Positions 31,760 through 40,952 of a DNA stretch of 43,960 nucleotides are shown in pieces; within the stretch, counting starts at the first letter, position 1; each line of letters opens with the position of its first letter. The position numbers and the translations under genes are program-made. The stretch lies in the NCBI GenBank assembly GCA_963765895.1, contig CAVXZB010000068.1, forward strand, positions 1 through 43,960. The letters are read 5' to 3'. Below the pieces are notes generated by a model. That model was not told where the DNA came from and did no database searches. It saw only the letters and a program-made list of their open reading frames with translations. This DNA is from an uncultured Nitrososphaeraceae archaeon. Lineage in GTDB: Archaea > Thermoproteota > Nitrososphaeria > Nitrososphaerales > Nitrososphaeraceae.

Positions 31760-32298
31760 AAGCAGTATTTCTTAGTCTGTTCGCCGGCTAGTATGGTCTT
31801 GTTAGATGTGTTTTCAGCGAGCCAGCGCTCCCAAATCTATTCCTAGTCCGCCGGCATAAGAAAACCCGATCAAGTTGAGAATATTATTCGAGTGACTGCT
31901 GATTATAGAAGTGTCCCTAATGTCCCCGGCTAGTAGTCATTATCTATTCCTGAAATGACTAACTTACATTGTGTACTATGTAGATATAATAATAGAATAG
32001 TATAGGTGGTATAGAAAGTGGGATAGATAGTAGTGGCGAGGTAGGGACACTAGGGACAGAAAATGCTTTGATCGCAATGAATATACCTCCGTTTTTATCC
32101 GTTTGTAGATGAACTTTTTGATACCTGCTCGTAGGTACCATATTGTGAAACATTGTCCAACTATGTTCCACACCATAGTTACAGGGCCGGATAAATAAAT
32201 TGACATTTCGTTTCCAATCGACTGCAACTAGAGTCTTCTCCTAGAAAAATATAACTGAATGTTCAATAATATGAGTCTATAATAGATATAGTAACAAG

Positions 32299-32616
32299 AT
32301 GAAAAATCTAATTACGTTAACCATACTCGTAGTAATGATAGCAGGTATAGCAACGGCAACGGTAGCGACGGAAACGGTCATGGCAAAGAAACATCATGAC
32401 AAACCAACAGGATCAAGCGCAATGGAAAGAGGGGCACATGACGAGACATGTAGTCAAGATAGTGATTGTCCACATCTATACATAACTCAGAAAGATAAGG
32501 GCTTTGGTGATCACTCAGAGAAGTTCAATCATAACTATGTAAAGGGATGGTGTGCGGCATCTCATAACAAGTCTGGTAGTGACGCAGATGAGGCAACATT
32601 TGACTGTCCAAACTAA
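32299..32616 (+). CDS. Small secreted Cys-containing protein
   Basis: Signal peptide ending VMA|; four Cys; ...HSEKFNHNYVKGWC...DADEATFDCP. Confidence 0.8.
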   Translation: MKNLITLTILVVMIAGIATATVATETVMAKKHHDKPTGSSAMERGAHDETCSQDSDCPHLYITQKDKGFGDHSEKFNHNYVKGWCAASHNKSGSDADEATFDCPN

Positions 32617-32620
32617 ACTA

Positions 32621-32651
32621 ACTAGACTAGTCTAGTCTAGTCTAGGCTAGT
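32621..32651. repeat. CTAG-N pentamer microsatellite (6 units) containing a 16-bp palindrome
   Basis: ACTAGACTAGTCTAGTCTAGTCTAGGCTAGT between two convergent stop codons. Confidence 0.85.
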
Positions 32652-32830
32652 AATGGAATCTTTGGAGCAGCCTCTAGACCAGGAATTATTCCTCCTCCTT
32701 CGCCAGAACCAAACAAGCTTTGTTGTGCTTTACACCATAGATCCCAGAAGGCACATTCTTTCGGCTTTGGTTTATCTGGAGTGGTTAACAAAGTAGTACT
32801 CTCTGATTGTGCCTGGGGGTTGTCGGTCAC
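32642..32830 (-). CDS. Possible small protein or C-terminal gene fragment
   Basis: Protein-like composition (KECAFWDLWCKAQQ) but a weak GTG start. Confidence 0.35.
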   Translation of the reverse strand: MTDNPQAQSESTTLLTTPDKPKPKECAFWDLWCKAQQSLFGSGEGGGIIPGLEAAPKIPLLA

Positions 32831-32973
32831 AAAAAAATTAAGTGGAATGACAACTGACGGCGCTGCCAGTGAGATAACTTAGTCATAGTCAAACGGATGA
32901 ACAAATCACAAAATACACAAAGCTAGGAAGATAGCAGTCAGCAATCATTCGGCATCACTACCACGCTTACGTT

Positions 32974-34732
32974 CTACATTAAACGCTTTGCACCGTACGT
33001 AGGAAAAAATTCCTTTTCATAAATTGCTGCCGCTAAAGTCAATTTCACGTCTTCAAGTATTTCATCTAGCCTCTCTTTATTTCCATAGTTGAGTATCACT
33101 ATTGACGTTAATAAGCCATCGTCGCCTTCATTTATCTCATATTCGAACATTTCTGTCTCTTGTATTTGATTTGAAAGCAAAGCGAACTGGCATATTCGCT
33201 TTATTTTTCGAAGTTTCCTGGCTAAGATCGATTTAACTCCAAAGTTAACTGCTAAAGCGACTGTCCTCTCAGGGATAATACAAATTCGACTTTTCGATAT
33301 TTCCACGTTTGCGAGGATTCTTCCTTGCGGCGGGAGCCATCTATAATCATTTTTTAACTGCGCTTTTTGTATAATTTCTTCTTTTTTGACCTTATCAATG
33401 ATATTCTGATTTAATGTCTCACCACGTATAATTGAACTGTACGGACTCAGTCGCAATTCAACAGATGTTATTTCATAATCTCCATCAAAACCATAATACT
33501 CAGCCTCGGGTATTGCACAAGCCCCGACAACCTTAATACGGTCACCTTCGTGCAAATCACTCGCAAAATCACATCGGCCTACTAGCTTTATCTTTGCATC
33601 ATCTGCAGGACCGTCTGCTATGAGGGTATCTATGTACTGAACAATATTTTTGCCTACATGCCTTTCGTATATATCCGGTTCCTCGACCACAATTGCATCT
33701 AAAATATATAAATCGCCCCTGGACAGAGTAATGGTTTTTTTTATTTTCTCAATGTCAGAACGCATATTGGAGAGTGTTGGAAACGACGGATCGTTTATTA
33801 TTCCTCTGAGATAATCCATTTGAAAGATCCTGACATAAAACCTACCATATTCATTGGAATCCATAACAGTTGGTTCACATTCTATCATTGTATTTAATTC
33901 AATTCCATGACTGAGTAGCAAGCTGGAATCTATGACTGCCGCATACCAATTTGCTATATTGGGTGATACCAAGAAACAGATTAGTTCCCTCTTCCCTGCC
34001 CTCACTTATTGAGAGTACTCTTAGAGTCATAGCGTCCCTGACCTTCCTATCCACAGTTTTTCTTACTGATTCAAGTGAAAGCTTGCGTAATACGTCGTAT
34101 CGTACAGGACTAACATTTCCTATCTTTTTAAGAAATTTGATATAATATTCCCTTATTTCAAGGCGATCTAAACTACGAAGAAGCATAGCCCTGATAAAGT
34201 CCCGTACTTCGTGATTAAATCCACATTCAGAGCATGTGAACTCTGTTCTCACTGGAGCCATAGACCTAACTTTCTCAGAGCTGGAATTATCGATATTGAT
34301 GAATGCTTTTTCGAGAAATCGGACAATTAAAGCAAAGATGTGGTTTTGATCTAATCCGTCAGTTATCTGATCATACATGTCTAGAAAGTCTCTATTATAA
34401 TGAACGCTTCCTGGAGCAAACTGGAATTTGAAATTTTCCTCTTCGTTAGATATTGAATTTAAGTCCTCAAATAAGTATGGCGTTCTCGGTTTCTTTCCAG
34501 TGACTTTACCTGTAGGAGGTATGCCCCGCTTAGACTCCTTTCCTATACGAAGGAATCCATTTCTGAGGAGTTTTTTTACATTGTTATCCACCGTCGACTC
34601 TTTCATACTTTTGATATCGGCAATCTGTCGTATTGTTAAGGTATTAGGATAGGAGTCCTTCAGAAGATTCAGTACATTCCTTTGCTCGCTTTGTAGCGAT
34701 AGCATTAAGGGCACTCTCATTACTGCTAACAT
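32974..34732 (-). CDS. wHTH + CxxC + OB-fold (RPA-like) multidomain protein; probably one gene with a frameshift near 33940
   Basis: LTIRQIADIKSMKESTVDNNVKKLLRNGFL (wHTH); CSECG; TLIAD...IKLV.....DLHEGDRIKVVGA...ELRLSPYSSI (OB-like); the two ORFs overlap by ~100 nt. Confidence 0.7.
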
Positions 34733-35116
34733 CTTGGCAATAATAGCCCTCTATGTACCTTTTCATACTAGAAGATTAACTCTAAAACTTTTAAGTTTTT
34801 AATTTTGGTTTTGGAGATGATGTTCTTAATTATAAAAACTTTGGTAATATCTTGATTTGTTTATAATTTTTGTATGATAATAGTAGAACATTGGATAAGT
34901 TACATATATCAAGCCACATCTTGGCCTGGGAACATCCGTACCCAATAAAAAACCAGATTGGAAGGTATCTGGTAGAAGAAGGTGATGACCTTCATAGTAG
35001 TCTAACAGAAAACATTAGGGGTTTTTCATTATGTCCCTCATATTCCTTAAGGCAGCTCAGAGGGATACAGAGAAGAAAAAAGTTGCTATCTCATATTCGA
35101 ACAGGCTATAAGTGAA

Positions 35117-35871
35117 ATGAAATCAAAAACACCTAACTCTGCGAATCAAACATTGACAGAGAGTATTCTTGATTTAAAATTAATCTTGGAACAAAGGCAT
35201 CAAACACTAAAATACTATCCATAGTCCACAGCTGCCCCTGTCATACTAGGTGTGTCAATGATATTAAAAACAACGATCACAATAATGACATAGATAGGCT
35301 ATATATCGAAAGATATGATTATGTGAGAAAGAAAATCATTGACGCTATACAGGTTAACTTCGGCAGGTTGATGACAGTCAAATCCGAACATAAAATCAAC
35401 AATGAAACACTTGACATCGTGATAACATACGACAAGATACTTCTTGGCTATCATGAGAAAACTATCTACATTGAAATTAAAAGTGGCCAGTCAATCGATC
35501 TGTTCCAGATTGAGCGTTACTTGTACGAGAGTTACCTCCTGTTAGTGGTAAGAGTTCCCACAAGAGATATCGTTCCGATTCATCAGGCAAACATAGCTAG
35601 CGAATTGATAGAAGGTATCACATCCATGATACAAAAAATAGAATTATTGAGCGATAGCTCTTCGTTGAAAGTCCAGGGGGATTGGTGTAATGGATGCACT
35701 GCGAATTGTGAATTCAAGAAGAAAGAAAGAAACCACGCGGCTAAGCTAGAGTTTGAAGAATTCTTCAAAAATGTGAAGGCGGTTACACAAGAAACCGTCA
35801 GGGTTATAGGAGAAGAGATGAAGAAGATCCGAGACAGTTTTGGTGTGACTTCTAACACACGGCGATCTTGA
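35117..35871 (+). CDS. PD-(D/E)xK nuclease, RecB/Cas4-like, with putative Fe-S or Zn cysteines; frameshift in an A-run near 35210
   Basis: LDIVI...IEIKSG...QIERY (D, ExK, QxxxY); N-terminal SCPC and C-terminal CNGCTANC. Confidence 0.75.
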
Positions 35872-35962
35872 ATTGTTTCTAAAAAATCCTGTTATTGTAC
35901 GACTCGAAAAACCTTTCATCTGGAGAACATATATTCCTGAGTTTGGGACGCGCGAAGCTGTC

Positions 35963-36521
35963 ATGGAACTAGACATGGCTAAAAGACTCATTAGATATTA
36001 TAAGCGAAGTCTGCAAAAAACTTGCATATGATTTTTGGCTCCACGATACAAAATGTCTATTTGGGTGTATAGCCTGCGGCGAAGATGATCCCGACGGCTT
36101 GAACTTTCATCATTTAGGTGAAGAATACACAGGGATGAAAAAAGTAGATTCAATCTCTAGTATGGTGAAAAAACAGTTGCCGTTATATAGAATAGAGTAC
36201 GAAATGACAAAGTGTGCAGTCCTGTGTGCTACATGTCATCAAAAAATTACAAGAGGTGGTAAACGAGCATTGGACGATCTTTACGATATGAATGAGAGAT
36301 ATTATGGCTATTTTTTCGCACCTGGGGAAGATTGTGAAGAGACAAGAGCTAATCGTAGGGACTTTAGAAACAATCTAAAATCAATACCTATTGAAATCAT
36401 AGCTTCATTTGAAGATGAGTTTCTTCATAAGTGCAGAACTACACAAGAGGATGAAGAGGAAGAAGATTCCCTCGAGGAATCATCATATGCAGCGAAACGT
36501 AAAGAAGTAGACTGGAAATAA
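35963..36521 (+). CDS. HNH endonuclease (Zn-finger type); frameshift in an A6 run near 36018
   Basis: GCIACGEDDP..LNFHH...IS.MV...I..E..KCAVLCATCH; the reading frame may begin as early as ~35873; acidic tail. Confidence 0.8.
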
Positions 36522-36591
36522 TATACCATCTCAAATTTTATGTTCGAAAAAGTCGCTGTTAATGATCTGTATAACATAGAGGAATAAATCG

Positions 36592-36879
36592 TCTTAGCTG
36601 ATACAAATAAGCTTGAAAATTCTCTAGCCAGAGCAGGATTGAGATATTCATATTGAAAAGGTAATTGTAACATTTGAATTTGCGTCAGGTGATGATTATT
36701 GTCGTTACTGTCAAGCAGTTAGTGCATCTGCTCATATTGTGTTATCTAAAGAAACTGAAGATAGAAGAGAAGAGATCTGGAGAAAAGTGGCAGAAGAAGC
36801 AACGCGCAGTTACGGAACTGCTAACGGAGTTATAAAAATGGATAATGAATCAATATGTATTGTTGGAACACGACCATGA
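36592..36879 (+). pseudogene. C-terminal remnant of a class I SAM-dependent methyltransferase-like gene
   Basis: LAD.NKLENSLARAG / DIHIEKVIVTFEFASGDDY...EEIWRKVAE...G.IKMDNESICIVG resembles UbiE-like methyltransferase C-termini; 5' part missing. Confidence 0.6.
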
Positions 36880-36940
36880 TAGCAATCTAACTTGCACATT
36901 GATGGGTGGAGGAGTACTGTCATGGTTGTTATTTGGATTA

Positions 36941-37433
36941 CTAATTTCCTTCATATGCTTGCTTTAGAGTTTTTATGTCGAGCTTATGCATCTGAAGCAT
37001 TACCTTCATGACTCTCTCTGATTTCTCAGTGTCTTTGTCCTTTAGCATCTGGATCAAAGCTGTTGGAACAATTTGCCACGAGACTCCATATTTATCCTTG
37101 AGCCAACCACACTGCTGCGCTTTTTCATCGCCACCCTCAGAAAGTTTCTTCCAATAATAGTCCACTTCTCCTTGAGTCTCACAATGAATCTGAAATGAAA
37201 TGGCTTCGTTGAACTTAAATACTGGGCCACCATTGAGTGCTACAAACTTTTGTCCTTCAATTTCGAATTCCATAGTCAAAACTGAACCTTCTTTTCCTCC
37301 ATGAATCTTGTATCACTCTTTCCCATAGTGGGTAACGTCACCAATCTTTGAATTTTTGAAAATGGAGGCATAAAACTTTGCTCGCCTCCTCTGCTTTATA
37401 ATCGAACCACAAGCATGGAGTTATTTTCTGCAT
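36941..37433 (-). pseudogene. VOC/PhnB-like (3-dmu-9_3-mt family) protein, disrupted
   Basis: MQKITPCLWFD.KAEEA, then a frameshift (~37383) and an in-frame TGA (37313-37315); FVALNGGP.FKFNEAISF...CGWLKDKYGVSWQIVP. Confidence 0.9.
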
Positions 37434-37916
37434 ACTCGCAATAATATATAGAGTACAGTTTATAAATACACAAGGGATCAAAAGTATAGTGAATGTAGTT
37501 ATCGCTAACTCTCAGAATCTCTCTTTCATTTGATCAGAAAAGAATACGCTCGAATACGAATCGTCATATGAATTCAGATATTTTCATTAGTTCTCTTGCA
37601 TCGATATATTATATCAGATAGTCTTTCATTATGAATCTGGTTTCTGGTAATGAGTATGTAGTTCGCCGGCGAAATGCGCATAGATCGTCAGTAAGAATCT
37701 TAGAGTATACAGAATAGCCATAACGGATTATGGTCCCTTAACCATTTGTTCCCGGCGAACATGAATCCCCCCACCCTTCGTCATGATCATGATGAGCCGT
37801 CAAATTCTATTCGCCGGCGAAATACATTACCTATGAATATAACTACCGTAGTACTACAAATAAAGAATTGGTTATGTGCTGACGATTATCACATCAAGTT
37901 GAATCGTCCCTTAAAC

Positions 37917-39042
37917 TTAATTCATAAACCTTGAATAAAACATTTGTTTTAACTGCCTAACCTCTTCAGTTAGATCGTGAATCTCTTTAGCGGGTAGAAG
38001 TATGCTGTCCAATGCCTGGACTAAAGGACTGCCTATTGTAAGTGAATTCTCCAGCCTGCAAACAGATCTATCATGTAATGACTTGATATACATCCTGAAT
38101 ATCTGACCTGCGTATTTTAATTGAATATCAGGCAGATATAGTTGAGCTCTCGCGTCTATTTCGATATCCTTGTTCAGATCACATTCTTTCAGAATCCACT
38201 CTGTGATTAGTGGAATACCTCTTTCTCGGATATCAGATACATTATATATTAATCTGTCCCTGACTTGTCCGAAGAACGAAAATAGGATAGATATATCTTC
38301 ATCGTCTTCTAGCTTAAATGGAGTATCGCTGCCTTCGAATTGCTATTTGGACGCGTCCATTAGGCGAAAAGGTGTAAGTAACGTGTCTCCGGCCAATATT
38401 TTCTTCATGAAGTTTAGCTCGGTTTATTGACGCGGCCTTATTTGTTAGATCTTGGTAATAATTCTTATCTATGGATAACATCAATTGTAGCTTATGGATA
38501 TGTAGTTGTGTATATGGCAGCTGGATTAATACTTCAAGGAATGATTGGGCCTTCTGGTATCCGACGACATTGGATAGTGCGTCTCCACGGTCTGGGAAGT
38601 TGGATTGGTTAGATGGGTTGGATATGTTGTATAGGCTAGATCCCGTGGGTTCAACTTGTACATTTCTTGATCTTTTCTTCAAGTCTTCAACTATGTCGGA
38701 TTTAATACAAGCCGGAAAGTACTGCTGTGGATTGGTGTTTTGTATCAAGTATATCCCCTGTGAAATGAGATCCCCTCCAGTAAAGAGTACGTGACGATCA
38801 TGAAAGTGTTTCAAGCTCCTCTGAACCCGAGTCTTTCTAAGAGAAAACCCTTTTTGTAAATCTTTAAATGTAATTCCCTTTCTACAGGTTCTATATTTTT
38901 TAGTGGCAAGATCTTCAATTATTTTTCTTGTTATTCGCTGACCAGCTATTGGTTCATGTGCTAGTCGATGATCTTGTACATCCAGATCAGAATCAACTTG
39001 TACATTTCGAGATTCACAATTTGGATAAGCGTTACTAACCAT
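37917..39042 (-). CDS. Putative replication initiator (N-terminal wHTH; C-terminal Rep_trans-like motifs); frameshift near 38340
   Basis: ORF 38314-39042 continues in another frame as SDTPFKLEDDED...WILKECDLNKD...FRMYIKS...CRLE...FMN* (stop at 37917). Confidence 0.65.
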
Positions 39043-39045
39043 AGG

Positions 39046-39748
39046 CTAAGGAGTATTGAAAATATCGGCTACCACTTTTACCATAATTCCCATGCTATCA
39101 AATGTTATGTAGGTAAAGTACTTACTCTCGGTCATTGCTTCCTTAATTATATTATAGTTCTCCCTCGGAATCATGAATTCCATTTCGGTCGGCTGGACCT
39201 GACTGGCTATCATCATTCTTGTTTGCCTCGCAAATGCTTCCTTCAGTTGCCTATTTTCTTCCTGTAGTATTTGATAAGGATCATGCCTGTCGGAAGTCTC
39301 ACAATCGTGCCTTTCAAGCTTTTGAACTTGATGTAACTGTAGCTATATTTTCTCTATTGTTGGAAGAACCGTCATGTCCTGCGTCATGATTGATAAGTAG
39401 TGCACTTCCATCGCCATTATCAACTATATTGCCACTTTGAGCTTTAGCTTTTTCGAGCTGGTTTGAAAGCGAACTCCGTTCGCTTTTACGTGCGTATTTT
39501 CGTTTATACTCTGAGGGTAGACATTCCTCAATCCATTTCTCGGTGATTTTATGTTCCTTAATCTTGTCAGCTAAAACTTTTTTGATTTCGGCAGAAATTT
39601 CAGTTTTCTCACACCTGCCTTCGTCATCGAATCTTCTGGCTATCTCTTGTATCAGATCTTTGGCCCGCACAAAGTTATCATTAATGCGATCTATGACAGA
39701 TCTTAAGTCTTCAATAATTCTGGTAACGGCTATCTCTTCATTATTCAA
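39046..39748 (-). CDS. Hypothetical element protein (helical, coiled-coil); frameshift near 39320
   Basis: IS.EIKK.L.DKI...KIT.KWIEECLPSEYKRKY; continues as LQEENRQLKEAF...VADIFNTP*, ending 3 nt before the next ATG. Confidence 0.75.
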
Positions 39749-39898
39749 CTTTAGTTCTCACTTGTCCTTTTCGCTCTTTACTATGACATTTAAAGTAAGA
39801 CCTATCTTGGAAACCAAGATCATCTAACACTCGAATACACATTGGAGGTAACGAATTCTTATATTCTAGACTTGAGTCTAGGATAATCGGCATCAACT

Positions 39899-40270
39899 TC
39901 AACTTGAATCCCTGTCCATGACATCATACATTTCACGCTCTATGCTCTGCCATCTTCTATAGAGTTCTTTCGTAACATCTCTATAAATCCAAGTATCTAT
40001 TAGTCGTGTAAAGCCACCGTTCATCATAGATTCAAAATTATCATCTGATATTATTTCGCCCAGCTTTTTTGATGTATGTAGACATATTTGTCTAATTGCA
40101 GCTATATAATGCGTATATGCCTTGTCTCTATCTTTTGCATCAATATAGCGCGTAAATGCTTTGTCTCGATCTGCGATACTTTTTTCGAATAAAGCATTGA
40201 TTTCTTTTTCATAATCACGCTTGTTGTATTCAATCTTTTCTTTAGTGTGTATATCATCTATGTTAGCCAT
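39899..40270 (-). CDS. Hypothetical protein
   Basis: 123 aa, ATG abuts the upstream stop; internal repeat DRDKAFTRYI/DRDKAYTHYI. Confidence 0.7.
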   Translation of the reverse strand: MANIDDIHTKEKIEYNKRDYEKEINALFEKSIADRDKAFTRYIDAKDRDKAYTHYIAAIRQICLHTSKKLGEIISDDNFESMMNGGFTRLIDTWIYRDVTKELYRRWQSIEREMYDVMDRDSS

Positions 40271-40564
40271 TTACGGAATCACCTTTTCAATTACTAATTT
40301 CTTGCCATCGACAGTACATTTCAAAAGATCTCCCCTACCAATTCCTGGTCCTACGGCAAATTCATTGGGCAAACCATAGATATTATGATAATGAATAGCT
40401 GTCTTCAATGTATTGACAAAGCCCGGATGAACATAGTTAGATATATCTGGCTTTGATTCGGTAATATTACTCTCGTGCGAAGAGTAAAGATTATAGCTAT
40501 CTTGTTCACGTAAGATGTCCGTGGTGGTTATGGTATTTAACCTCCGAGTTTGATACCTGACCAT
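40271..40564 (-). CDS. AbrB/MazE/SpoVT-like DNA-binding protein
   Basis: LP.EFA...GIGRGD.LKCTVDGKKLVIEKV is a swapped-hairpin pattern; start uncertain. Confidence 0.6.
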   Translation of the reverse strand: MVRYQTRRLNTITTTDILREQDSYNLYSSHESNITESKPDISNYVHPGFVNTLKTAIHYHNIYGLPNEFAVGPGIGRGDLLKCTVDGKKLVIEKVIP

Positions 40565-40730
40565 TAGAAGAGATAGGTTGTATCTGAACCCGACCTAACT
40601 CTTCGTTCCTTGAATGACAACAACAATTACACTTAGCTTGAAGTCCTAGACCTTCCCATAATTGAACGCATGCTGAATGTGATGAATTCCTACAATCTCT
40701 GCTGAGGAATTCAATGTTAGTTGATATCAA
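40506..40730 (-). CDS. Small Cys/His-rich putative Zn-binding protein
   Basis: C....H..C...W.G.G....CNCCCH. Confidence 0.65.
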   Translation of the reverse strand: MISTNIEFLSRDCRNSSHSACVQLWEGLGLQAKCNCCCHSRNEELGRVQIQPISSNGQVSNSEVKYHNHHGHLT

Positions 40731-40952
40731 TCTAGGAACTATCCCATCCTTTTATTTCTAGAAGTAGATCCAATAATGTCTAATGCTGTTGTGAGTAGAC
40801 CATCAACTGCGGAATTCAATGAAAGTTTTTGAATCGTTGCATACTTCTTTACTTCTCCCCACGTTACTGAGATTAACGTCAATTAGGGTTTTCATTTATA
40901 TTTTATAATAGATTTAAGATTTATAAGCGTGGGGTTCTAGTGGTTAATTGGA

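Noticed and set aside
34870-35115. 81-aa ORF upstream of the Cas4-like gene
   Set aside because: Abuts the nuclease start, so it cannot be excluded, but it has no motif and a TTG start; not called
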